This document shows, piece after piece, positions 26,836 through 39,300 of a DNA stretch of 64,000 nt. The DNA comes from Marsupella aquatica (Eukaryota > Plantae > Marchantiophyta): the NCBI GenBank assembly GCA_973895155.1, contig OZ316897.1, forward strand, positions 1,987,312-2,051,311, in the 5' to 3' direction. The notes beneath the pieces were generated by a model. The model saw only the letters and a list, made by a program, of their open reading frames with translations. It did no database searches and was not told the origin of the DNA. Position numbers and translations under genes: made by a program. Numbering within the stretch: position 1 is the first letter of the stretch; each line of letters starts with the position of its first letter.

Positions 26836-28219
26836 TGGATACACCAGTATTTTGCTTGGGGATAATGGTGGTCGTATCCCCTGTTCAGTCCCCACAGTCT
26901 TCTTTACTCCGGAGCTCTACTCGGCTTTCAGGTTTCCGCTCAGTAGGGGTTTAGTTCTCAGCTTCTTAGTGACTTTTTGTCATTGTTGGGGACATCTTAG
27001 CTTGTTGGGCCTCATTGTTCTTCTCATAGTCTTTCCCATTCCCATCCCTTTATTGGGCCTTTTTGCCTGTAGGATTATGTCTCCCAATCTGGCCTTTTTG
27101 TCTTTTTGACATTGTGACAGTGGTGGTCTAAGAGACTGTGTTCATTTATTACCTTCCTTGTGTACTTAGTCTTCTCCATGTGTAAAGTTTTATCTCTTGG
27201 TAAGAGTTAAGTGTCTCCAGTGTGCAGTTGGACGGTGGTCATTGTATTATTCATTGCTTAGCCACTCTCGGAGCCACTGGTGACCGTGTAAAATGACAGC
27301 TATATGCCAGCCACATAAGCGTAGATGTTGAGCAGGGCAGAGGAAATAATTCTGGAGGTCCCCTAATGAATATCCACCCGCCTGAAAATACCAAAAAGTC
27401 GTCCATATTTCCTTCAAGAGGTACACAGTCGGCTATATACTTTGTAAAGAACCCTAGCCACCTTAAACCTATACTTTACAAAATGCAAAATACTAATGCT
27501 GTTCTTCCATACCATCTCCACCATGATTTGATGGTTAGAGTCAAATGATTCCCAGAATCTCTTCCCAGCTGTACTGGGAAATCCTTTTCCTTCTGGGGGT
27601 CTTGCATGGAACCCTGATGTGGAAATCCCAAGATGATTGCTCGTATCACCCGAGATCATCCTGGCCGACTATTTCCATTCAAGGGTTGAGATTTGAAGAT
27701 TTCAAAAAGGCTTTCTTGGTTACAATGGAATGATTTATTGGGGGCCTTCTCTCCTTGTTTTGTGGTTTTTATTCCTTCAAGGACTTTTTCTCCAAATGTC
27801 ACAACGAAGGTTCTGCCCCTACTTCTTGAGTTTTTACTCTTTCATGGTGACAAACACTAAGTGCAAGACAAATAAAATCATACCAGACATTTGGACTTAG
27901 TGAGTCCATTCCGCTATTCAAGAATAAAAAATGACCATTTTAGTAAAAAAGGGCCAAACAGTGCACAAAGGAGTAATAGCAAAAGAGGTCCAACTGGGAC
28001 AGACACCAAACTCTTAGTGGAGAGCCATGTATGAGTGACTCATGTCAAAGTTATAGGTTGAACTTTTAAAATAAATAGTGGCATAGAGGCATGGCTGTGT
28101 GGTAGCTCATTTAAGTTGAGACTCATAGGTGTAGAGCTCAAATGTTGTGACTGAGTGGGAAGAGATTCATAGGTCTAGAGCTCAATTGTTGTGGTTGACT
28201 GTTCCCACTCTGTGGAGTT

Positions 28220-28365
28220 TCACAGATTTTCCTTTCAAAAAATATTAAATAAATAGTGGCATTACATGTTTTCATCTGTGTGAGATTTGGACTCACAGAT
28301 TTTCCTTTCAAAAAATATAAAATAAATAGTGGCATTACATGTTGTCATCTGTGTGAGATTTGGAT
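28220..28365. repeat. ~72-bp tandem duplication
   Basis: cacagattttcctttcaaaaaatat.aaataaatagtggcattacatgtt.tcatctgtgtgagatttgga occurs twice. Confidence 0.85.
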
Positions 28366-28474
28366 AGCCCAGGCAACCCACACACTCATCAACCCTCCCT
28401 CACACTCACGGTGACTCTACAAGAGATCACGGCCCATCATTTCTTTTGATTCCCTTTGAGATTAAATCTGGAGG

Positions 28475-28580
28475 TGTAGTGAGTGGAAACAGCTCAGTTG
28501 GCTTACAAGAACTCTTGGGCCCATTCAGGTATGATGTACACCCATCTTACATGACAAGCAATGGGCCCAAGTATTCAGGT
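28475..28580 (+). repeat. Dispersed repeat family member starting TGTA (possible LTR/TE end); an inverted copy lies at ~59420-59517
   Basis: tgtagtgagtggaaac...ggcttacaagaa...catgacaagcaatgggcccaagta matches the reverse complement of 59420-59517 (tgtaaggagtggaaatg...ggctttacaagaa...catgtcaagtagtgggcccaagta). Weaker copies at ~14690 and ~8062. Confidence 0.55.
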
Positions 28581-28824
28581 GTGGAGTGCACATGGGCAAG
28601 CCAGTGAGAGAGTATTTTAACTTAAGAAAATATGGAAATTAAACCGGGAATCAAACTGCCTGAGACGGTTGGGAGCATACTTGTTTTGTTTTGTTTGAAT
28701 TGTTGGGGTGGGGTGCTTGTCGTCCAACCCTCCCCCACTTTTCCTGATTTGATTCAACATAATCTAATCAGAGAAACAAAGGTTTTGAGTGCAAGGAAAA
28801 AACTACAAATAACCTTTGAATAGC

Positions 28825-28940
28825 TTATCTGAACAACACACTAGAAAGTGGAGCTCCCGGGGACCACATGCCAAAAGACTCCACTTATCTGACAACGCAG
28901 TAGAAAGTGGAGCTCCCAGGGACCACATGCCAAAAGACTC
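28825..28940. repeat. ~60-bp tandem duplication
   Basis: ttatctga..aac.ca.tagaaagtggagctccc.gggaccacatgccaaaagactc occurs twice. Confidence 0.85.
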
Positions 28941-31900
28941 AGCGACCACATTTCATGAAAGTTAGATAATTTCATATTTAGAGATTCATCTTGACTTTAA
29001 ATAATATATAACAAGGAGCTGAGAGTAAACCTATGCCATCCTCTTGAATTTTGAAGGCACTAATGTAGAGTAAAACTGCATGAACTTTGTACAAAGGGCA
29101 TTTTGGGACCCCATCTAAGCTTATGACTCCCTTCCCTCTCTATCCTAGAGGTACCTATATTAAAATCGAGCTCAAATTATGCCATCAGTCCTATCAGTAG
29201 TAATGCAATGCATTCAGCTCGATTTTAACAATTATTTATTTTTGGAGCCAAGCTGATAATCCCTATGGTACTCTATATCGTACTGTAAGTAAGAAGGCCG
29301 CATCGGATTGTGCTCCACATCAGCACCGTACCTCCCTAAGCTTGCCATTGGATCGTGCGGTAGTGGATGCTCGAACCCATGCCCCGTTCACGTGGTCCCT
29401 AACGGCTGACACGACAGCAAGCCTTACTGTTAGGGACGTGCTGGTCAGCGTAAGTTACACTCATCTATGTCACTCCCAATGTAACAAAAACGGCAGGACT
29501 GGCAGTCGCCTACTCGACTGTCTGTCTTGCCATCGAGTTCCGCCATCGCCCATTGACAAATTCGGGACGAAGCGCGAGTGACATTGAATTGCTGGAGTCC
29601 CAGAGTGAGCCCATTCAACTGAAACGCAGCTCGATCGGATCAGAAGGAACAACTCAGAATTCTGAGAGCACCGAAATCGCAACTTCGCACTGACACTGAC
29701 ACGATTCGAAAATGGTGGTGAGGCTCGCAAAATGTCTCGACGTTGAAGACAACTCGATGATGTGAAGAACCTCGCAGTGCAGTCTTTGGCAGTGCGCGAA
29801 ACCTCATCGACTCAATTATTCGGTTCCCCGGAACGCAACAACGGGAGTGATTGAAGGGCACCTCTGGGAATGCAAACTTCCCCATTCAGAACCCGTTCAG
29901 AACTGGAAAGGTTGGAGGAGCCTCAGTGAACTGGAGGTAAGCAGTTGTTTGCCAATTAGTGGAAGGCAGAGACAGAAAATTCACACAGATTTGGGCACAT
30001 CGACTGCGCAGCCCACAAATGCGCAGTTGCACAGAAACGGGGATATGGCAACTTTTGCTTGCCTGAAGCACGGCACAAGGGGGGGATGAGTGTCTCAGCT
30101 ACCAAGAGCAAAGTTAGAGCTACAGAGACGGTATTCAGTGGACCAACGGACTCCATTTTTCTCTAGACCAAAAGAACCCGCCCACGGTGCAAACAGCCGT
30201 GGATCAATGGACCGGACAGTTTAGCTGGAGGAAACTCTTGGAGCCAAATATCGTTGCCATGCAGGGCCAGCCAACAAACTGTTCTTCGTGGCGAGCAACT
30301 GTTGGAGGCTACCACAATCACGTAGGAGTGAGCATCATTCTCCATGGTGTTCTCGAAAACACTGGCCAAGCCAACGAGGAGAACCTGGTTGTCGCTAGGA
30401 ATGCCAAGAGGCCGCAGACACACGGAGATCTTCAATTGATTGCACCCAATCTTGACCTTGCGTCGATTGACTGCATCGTCCTGTTCTCTTCGTTATAGCA
30501 ACAATGTGGCGAGCAATTTGGGCTACTGGATGGAGAAATGGCAGCAATGTCGCGCGAAGCAAGGTATGAACTGACCTCCACGCGAATTTGTCGAATCTCG
30601 ACGTAAAAGTTGACAGCCATGGTTTTGACAGGAAGGTGTAAGTTCAAAATCTTGCTCTCAAATTCAATTGGAATACCGTCTCGCTATGTGATATCCCTAT
30701 ATACAAGCTTTGGGACATAATTGGAGAGATATGCTTAGTAGACCCTTTCTCGAAAAAGTTTGCTTAATCAACCCCCTCCATACTTTTCCCCAATCTGGAC
30801 AGTTATGGACCTTTCAATCTCAGATCTGGACCTTTAATAACAACTTTCATTTTGGGGTAATCAAGCAAATACCTCCACATTAATTGTTGTTACAACTTCA
30901 ATGAAATAGAACAATTTTAGGACACTGTGGACCAAATAGCGGCTAAAACCTTTAGGGAGCAAAGAAAACAAGCCCAAAGGCCAACAGAGTACACCGGGCG
31001 CTAGGTAGAGTAGAGAACTGGGCACAAATGGGCCAAAAAGTCAGCCGTATAGTTATGGATTATTTATGTAACTACAAACTTAGATTATGCTTACAATATT
31101 TTAATGTGCTACCTTTTTTCCCGAAGTGGTTGGAAGTTGATGGAGAGACTAATTAAGGCACTACCAAGTATTTTGGTTGAGTGAAGGTTTTATCCATGGC
31201 AAATTGACTGGTTTCACTTCTGGACAAGAAAGCCCTCTGGGGAACCTTGTTGGGTGTTAGAAGTAAGCATAACCTCGTGCTGAAGCTACAGTAGATTTAT
31301 ACATTTGGAACCCTTTGCAAAGCTCCATTGTGTCACTCCTGTAGGTGTACGTTCCCTTACATTGATTTATTCCAGTTTATTCAGGATTTAAGCATCAAGA
31401 TTTTGTTCATCCCCCCCCCTCACCCCACACCATCTTTGGCAATCTTCCAACTTATATTCTTGTCATCCAACAAACACATATTGGGCTGAGGCAACCAAGG
31501 GCCAAGCTAGTACACTAAATTTTGAATGTCTGTCAAGTTCAACACTGTGCTTACGATCGATTCTGACTGCACAATTGAAGCTTCATCCACTCCTTTCCAC
31601 CAAGAAGGAAGAACAGAGTGTCCATTTGTAGCAGTGCCATTGTACCAAGTCCTCATAACCAATTTCGTAACAGCATTTCAGATAATTTCATAGGATTTAG
31701 ACCAAGTCGTTTGCCCATAGCCAGTGGTTCGCATCACAAAAATTGGAGGTAGCTGGATTTGGGCAAAACGAGTGGTTTAGAACTTCTCAAATGTTTTCTT
31801 GGTGGGACCCGAAATTATAGAACAGGACATTCAGGCATACACCAAGGTTTGTCACGTTTGTTGTGGGTCCTACCAAACCAGTATCTATCCAACAATAATC

Positions 31901-32876
31901 ATATAATAGTTGTAATAATTATTGTTAGAGACAAAGGGAAAAAAAACATTCTGGAATATGTTTTTACACTTGCCCTGGTGGTCTTTGGGACTTTACACCT
32001 ACCTTTGACCATTTATTGCTAGCATGTGTAATCTTTTGTGTAAAGCAATTACCTTATCTTTAGTTTTGCCCTCATTGTGTTCTTTGGACAACAAGTGAAT
32101 GTTACATTACGAAGGGCTCACACATTCGCTGTTTTATGGGAGGGCCAAGGCTATTGTTTTAGGGTCTCAAGACCCTCTTGTGAACTCTCCTATAGGGTCT
32201 GCTCTTGAGCTCTATCAAGTTTTTCAGTTTACTGCTGATTAGGGCTTTAGTTTCTTTGCCAAAGTAGGGGCCTCTCAGGCTTTTTGGGTATGTGAATAGT
32301 TAACTAAACCAAGTTCCGCTACAATTTCCTACCCTTGAAAGGGTTATTTGTTATTCACAGCACAAAACCCCATAAGTTACTATTCGGGACTTTCACCCAG
32401 GACCTGTGCTTTAACATCCGGATGCTTTGACCATTGAGTAACAAGTCAAGTTTAAGAAATATACCTTGGATTTAAACCAATGCTATTTTTCCCTTACTCT
32501 ATAAGTTCTAACCCTTACCCTTTTTCTCTGCCCTTGGGAAATTTAGTGGCTCTAGGTTCCCAAATTCACACTTATGGGTGAATGTGGTCTCCCCACTTTC
32601 CCCCCCTTTATTGGGTTTCCTACCTTTGAGATGCTGTCCAGGGAACCTTGGTTTTTATGTTCTTTAGGAATGTGATATGAAACCAAACATCTAATCAACA
32701 ATGAGAAACTCAAGCCCTGATGGACTGGCAAAGCTTGGATGGACTTGCTCATAACATTTAAATTGACTCAAACAACACTGTTTACACTTTTGACTGTAAT
32801 GTGAACTATGAATAGTCTCCTTACCATTTGCAGCCAGTTTCAGTTACATTATCTAACCTATTTCCTTGGCAACTTG

Positions 32877-33012
32877 ACTTGACTACCTTGAACCTAAACA
32901 ACACCAAAATGTCATGTCATTATTCAGGATCACCATGACACTTGACTACCTTGAACCTTAACAACACCAAAATGTCATGTCATTATTCAGGATCACCATG
33001 ACATCTTGACTA
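32877..33012. repeat. ~63-bp tandem duplication
   Basis: acttgactaccttgaacct.aacaacaccaaaatgtcatgtcattattcaggatcaccatgac occurs twice. Confidence 0.9.
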
Positions 33013-33449
33013 TTTTTTCCCCAAGGTGGTCAAAGTTCATGATCTGCCACCAATTTCTTTTTCTTTTTGGTGTAAAAATAACTATCCCTTTCCATTACTT
33101 AGTCCATGGGGATCTGGACTGGGACAATACTTGGGTCCATTCTGGCTTTTGTTTCCAACAATAATATTATATATTAATAATAATTACTAAGGCAAACAAA
33201 CAAAAACATTCTCCTGGAATTGGGGGCACACATTTGAATAATCTCAATATTGTGATTCGCTCATGTCATCTTTTCCATTTCGTGGTGGACGGTGCGCAAT
33301 GAATGGTCAGACAAGGATATCCGTGGATTAGAAAAACGGGGGCCCCACCACCGAACTAAAACTGGATTTCATTTCTGACAATCCAGGATTCCTTTCGATG
33401 AGGTGGATACCGTATCGTACGGTTAAGTAACAACAAATTAACTTTAATT

Positions 33450-33975
33450 AAACTCTTAAAGAAGCTTGATTAAATTACATGTAGGTTTCCGTTAATCGCC
33501 CCTTTCTTTCAAAAACTCCTTCGTTCGTAATGCTTCCTTCCATCAGCGTTTCTAATTGGTTATTAGTGTTACGATTAAGAGAGATTAGTGGCAAGGACAT
33601 AAGACAGTGCTTTCGATAGGCCGACACGTAGGAGTAAATGGGCGATCGACGGCTCAGCTTGTGAGTTCGAGTACTTAGTGATGATTAAGTACAACTGTTT
33701 TAAGTATGGATTTTAGGTTGTGCTCTCTTTCAGTAACTCGAAGAATCTTGATTAATTACTTGTAAATTTTCAGATAATCGCGTCTTCCTTTCAGTACTCC
33801 TTCGTCTGCAATACTTCCATAAGCGCTTGTGATTCGTTATTAGTACCTAATTAAGAGAGATTAGTGGCGACGACGCAGTACCCTACAGCGCTTTCGGTAG
33901 GGAGACACGTAGCACTCAACAGGAGATCCACGGCTCAGCTTGCGAGTTCGAGCACTTAGAGATGATTATTAAAGT
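33450..33975 (+). promoter_or_regulatory. Duplicated ~280-bp module upstream of the racemase, each copy carrying an ACGT (ABRE/G-box-like) core
   Basis: Two diverged copies share attaagagagattagtggc, gacacgtag and gatc(g/c)acggctcagcttg(t/c)gagttcgag(t/c)acttag. A regulatory role is inferred only. Confidence 0.4.
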
Positions 33976-35930
33976 ATAGATTAAGTAGGGATTTGCTGCT
34001 TAATTGCTGACTAGATATTTGCTCGCTTTCAAAGCAAAGAGACAGTTTCTGGACTTCATTGGATTTCATTCAAGAGGCTGAACTTTGAGCTCCAGACCAG
34101 AGACCGGAATTCTCGGAAATCAGTATTGTGCATGGACAATTTCTGTAGCTCTTCCACCCGTCCGTTGTGGGTTTGTGGATTTTGATCCTTCCATTCTCTG
34201 TGGGTTCCTGGCAAGCTGAAGCTCGAGTCCTCTTCCATTCTAATCCTGGTGTACAACAGAGAGCCTTATTTTTGAGGTCCGGAACATTCATGCAGAGCCG
34301 GAATTCTCGCTGTGAATGGTAGCTTACCGTCTCTGCTCCTGCTGCTTTGGGAGCTACATTTCCATCCATCCTCTCCGCCGTGCTGTGGTGGGTTTGTGGG
34401 TGGCTTCATTCAAGCTGAAGCTCTGGTTCTCTTGATATCTGCCTACGGGAGTACCAGAGAGAAGGAGGGTCCTTTGTGGTGGATTGTGGAAGATTTCATA
34501 CAGGCTCTGCTTCTGCTAGAGGTAAATTGGGGTATTCATCAGCATTGGATTGAAGGGAGCTGTTCAGTGAGGTTGTTTTAAACCCTCCAAACTGAAACTC
34601 TGGTTCCATTTGATTCTGTCTCTCACAGTACAAGATTGAGAGCCTTACTTCTGAGTTTCGGAACATTCATGCAAAGAGGGACAGAGTGGGCCTTTCTGTT
34701 ATGTTCTGGAAGATTTCAATAAAGCCTCTTCGTCCACTGCAGGCTAATTGGGGTATTCAATGGATTGAGTGCGGAGCTGTGCTGTGCCCACTTCAAGGAT
34801 TGCCAAATTCGGGCGCTTGTGTCAGCTGTGATGCGTCCACTCCCCTAAGTGCTCCTTTCTTTCTTCCCGTTAAGACCACTGACAAAACTTTTGGGCTGTG
34901 AATCACCAGTCTTTCGCTTGACTGAACTTCAAACTCGAGGTATTACGTAATTCAATTACAGTAATGTAATAGTTACCATGTTGGAAATTTTGTTTTGATC
35001 ACAAATCACTAAATTCAGCTGCAGATGACTTGAATTGATTTAGCCAATTGGTCATTTGTTTGATATTGTAATCATGGTAGATTGACTTAGCTCCGGCCTA
35101 GATCTAGAGATGGGAGCACAACTCTGACTTTGAGGTCCGGTATTGGATGAGACTTATGACGTTGCTTCTACTATGAAGCATCGCAATGGAGAATTTCTCG
35201 GGGCGAACGGTTTATGCTTGCTGTAGCTGTGGAAAACCGGGTGCAGTGAAGCGAATAATTGAAAATTTCTTTCATTCTGTCGTTCGTGTAGGTCTTCATT
35301 AGCAGTCCAGTGGAGTGGGATCCGAATTGATCGTGAGTTTGTTGTTGTCAGGATAAAGGCGGAGAATGATTTTATCTCTGCATAGGTGGGCAAGTGACTG
35401 ATGAGCAGCGAATGGGACCTGCTGATGAGAATTGGTATGGTATGGTTGAGAGTGTGGCATACCAGTATTGGATGCGGCCGACAACATTGTCACTCTAGCA
35501 TTGAAGGTTTTTCTCTTTCTCTTTCTCTCTCTCTCAATCTCATTCTCTTGCTATTGCCGAAAGCTGGACCTTAGAAACATTGATGCGGTGATTTATGCTC
35601 GTTCTCACTTTTTCGACACCTGTATGTCCCGTGGCCCGAGTTTGGGTACTCGTGGTCTTTAGATTCGTTTTTTCATTTTTAACTTGAATTTGGGGGTCGC
35701 AGCTTCACAAGGGGAATGGGAGGTCAAACACCCGGAAATCAGTGCTACCATCAGAGGCTTGACCTTTATTGCCATAAGCAGCTTGCCCCTTCAAAACTGT
35801 GAGATAATTCCTTCATTCATTTTCTTTTTGACAGCAGCGAGATTGTTGCCGTCTCGGTCAGGCTGCCCCTCTTGAATGAGTTGAGAAGAAGGAGAAGAAT
35901 ACTACCGAATTCAAAACAGTCACCGAGGCG

Positions 35931-37974
35931 ATGCTGGTCTCTCCGTGTGTGTATGCCTCTTTGTGCTCCTCGCCGTGTTGCTTACTGATCTCTCCTGACC
36001 ACAAGATTTCAGGGAGTAAACACCGCGTCCGCCAGCAACGGTGTGATGTAAAAAAGGTGGATAGATTGTCACAGCAACTGTTGCTGTTGCCAACAAAACT
36101 TGGTAATCATGACACTGAAAAGAGGAAACTGCGAAGTCATTTTTACTATTACGGGTCTGGTACCAGCAGGGAGGCGAGAAGGCCTCATATTCTACCCACG
36201 CGCCGGAGGGAAACTGCTGTTTTCTCGCTGAAGCACCAGCGGTGTGTCATTCACCATGTGCGGAAGAGTCTTCTCTCTAGGAGGAAACGTGGGTTTAGTG
36301 CCTCTCTTCACTGCCTATCATCAGAATCATCATCGTCATCCAATGAGCTAGCTCGGAAGAGTCCTGCTGTAGTTGCTCAGCGATCCCCATCACGAGATGC
36401 TCTTGGCGTCGGTTCTTCCTCATCTCCAACTGTTAGAGAAACTGCTCCTGATGCAGACAGTAATTGCAGCAGCCCCAGTCTTGAATCCAATGGGAGTTCT
36501 ACAGCTGAAGGGATACCATCTAAGGCTTCCTCTTCGGGTAATTGGGCTTTTGAATATGCCAATACAGTTGGAATTTTAGGTGGATTGGCTCCCCTGGCAA
36601 CAGTGGACTTCATGAGGAAGATAGTGGAGGCCACAGATGTGGAAGATGAGACGGATCACATACCCTTGGTGCTGTGCAGCGACCCCAACATACGGAAGAG
36701 TATTTCCCCGAGTCTTCTCTTGCCGATGACAAAGAATATGTCCTCCGGGGGAACTACGTTTGACATGGAGCCAGTCTTAGTGGAGCCGCTGCTGGAGAAG
36801 AGGCGATTTTTGGAGAAAGCCGGAGCCAAGTGTATTGTGATGCCTTGTCATGTCTCCCACTTGTGGTACGATGAACTTGCCGAGGGGTGCTCTGTGCCAT
36901 TCCTCCACATGGCGGACTGTGTTGTTGAGGAGCTGAAGGCTGCCAATTTGCAACCCCTGGAAGGTGGCAGCAGGCCCAAGATTGGCGTCCTTGGAACTCA
37001 AGCTACGATAGCGGCTGACTTCTACCAAGAGAAGCTTAGAAGCCAGGTACAGTACCACTCAAGACATCAATCTCATTGCTTTAGAACTCTTAAAAACATT
37101 TACTGTATTTTCCATGTGCCCACTAGAAATTCAGCCTCCTAGATTCTCATTCCGATCGCACTAATCAAACCTTGCAACTATTAGTTCCGGCCTGTGTTCT
37201 AGAACCGTGTTGTGGATACAAGTAAGGGACAAGTTCAAGGACATAGTCCACATGTCCTTGAACTGTGTATTTCAGTGGATAGAGAGAGTAGATGAGAATC
37301 AATATTTTAATCCGTGTATCAAAGGTGTTTTGGATACACATAGGGAGGAGTTTGAATTGCACATGTTCCCAATTGTGGTCTCTATACAGAAATGAGAGGG
37401 ATCTGAATTGTTAATTTGTGATCTCTTCTGGACGTGCGTATCCTCACTGGCCTTCCTTGGATTTGTCGTAGTTTTGTTTGTGTAAATTATGCATATTACT
37501 CAACTCCAACTGTCCTGGAAGCTAATTTCGTCCAAGTCTTGCAAATAGCTAGTAACAGTGCATATTTGGGAATAGCAAGTTCATATTTCTTCTTGAAAGA
37601 TGTAACCACTTCCTCATCTCCAAATATGAATGTTTGCCTTTTTATGCCTGTTTGTGAACTTCTAATCGAGCAAGAGCGACTACTGGCAGGGCTTTGATGT
37701 TGCACTGCCGGACAAAGCAACAATGGAGCACGCAGTGATTCCAGGGATAGCGGCTCTTCAACGGGGGGACATGGAAGGGGCAAGGAATCTACTACGCATT
37801 GCTGTTCAAGTATTGCTTGTAAATGCCGTCAACCTGGTTGTACTGGCTTGCCACAACACACCCACTGCATTCTCAGCTGATGACCCTGTACTTCGGAAGT
37901 GTATTGACCCTACTGATGCTTTGGCTAGAGCTACCGTGAGGTGGTCCCGCAGTTTACAAGAAACCAGGACATGA
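35931..37974 (+). CDS. Aspartate/glutamate racemase family protein (At1g15410-like) with a long Ser/Arg-rich N-terminal extension
   Basis: Exons 35931-37046 and 37690-37974 (CAG|gtacag...ggcag|GGC), ~466 aa. Motifs: NTVGILGG, PLVLCSDP, GAKCIVMPCHVSHLWY, VPFLHMADC, FYQEKL, LPDKATMEHAVIP, MEGARNLLRIAVQVLLV, KCIDPTDALAR. Confidence 0.93.
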
Positions 37975-38920
37975 GCGGTGAGTTTGTTGAGATGGGTAAA
38001 CCATCCAATTCACTGGAGCTGTCGATGGCTCCTGTCCAACTTGCAGCTCAAGGATTTTTTTCCTCACATGGTCTGACAAGTGATAACTTTCTGTCAATTC
38101 AGTAGTCGGCTGTGTCTTGGTCCCATACACTGTCGATCAAGTGGCCATATTCTCAACTGTTGCTGGTACTTTATTAGTGGAGATTGACCTTTTTCATGTA
38201 GCCATAATAACGCCTCGGTAGGGACCCGATCCATAGTCTGTACTAAAACATCCCTCTCAGAAATAGAGCTGTGGGCAATATAGGAATCTCTCGTTTTAAT
38301 GCTCAATTTGTAACAAGCATTCCTTACAGCGTATACATGCATGGCAAGGCGTTGCATCTATCGTCCGTAGACGATCTAAACCGGGATCCAAACAGGCTCT
38401 TGATGTGGCCTACACTCATGATTTGAGGAAGGTATGTGCACACCAGGTTGCAGATGGGCTGTATTTGTTTTGCACGCTTTCAAGGGCTCGTCGTCCGTGG
38501 TTTGGCTAAGAAATATTGAAGCCAGGAGTGAAGTATTGTACTTCCAAATCAGGTGGCAAACACCATCCCTCTCATGCATTTGCTTCTCATTAGTTCCCCT
38601 TTAGCATTTTGAATGATGCAAATTTGTCTTTCAAACTCCGTCCTTCTCACCAGGATACATGGTGTCATTGTTGTGGGTCTTTTACATGGGATCTATGCTT
38701 ATTGGTCTCAATGCCCTGACACTCCCCTAGCATTTTCTCATCTTGTGATACCTAAGGGGAGCCCTTCTGATTTTGAGGATGGACCTTGTGTTGAGAATAA
38801 TGAACAAGAAAAGCAGAATGTTCCCATTCCTGTCAGCTATGTTGGAAATAACCTGTTGTTTGTTTTCGGCACCGTGCAGTAAATCAATGGAACATTTCAG
38901 TCCTCTCTGTGGATAGATTT

Positions 38921-39300
38921 GTATCCATCTTTGAGCTGATTCATGTACAGTACTGTATGTCAAGATTATTCTGGTACCATTTTCGCAAATGCTTCTACAG
39001 AGAGCCCTTGCAATTAGCTCATGCTTGGTTTCGAATTGTTGTTTGTGTGTATCCATCTTGCAGCTGATTCATGCTTGGTACTATGTTTCGTTATTATTTT
39101 AGTGCTTTTTTCCCCGAATGCTTCTACATAGAAGCCTTGCAATTGCCTTCATGCTTGGTCTGGAAATGTTGTTAATGAGTATCCATCTTTCAGCTGATTC
39201 ATGGACAGTACTATTTGTCGTGATTATTCTCATGCTTTTTCTCCTAGTGCTTCCTCATAGAGGCCCTTGCAATTGCCTTCATGATTGGTTTGCAATTGGC
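38921..39300. repeat. Three diverged ~129-bp tandem units
   Basis: gtatccatctt..agctgattcatg...gtacta...gccttgcaattg..ttcatg.ttggt at ~38921, ~39048 and ~39179. Confidence 0.8.

Noticed and set aside
33650-33680. tRNA/SINE suggested by GTTCGA
   Set aside because: The A/B-box spacing is wrong and no cloverleaf is evident.
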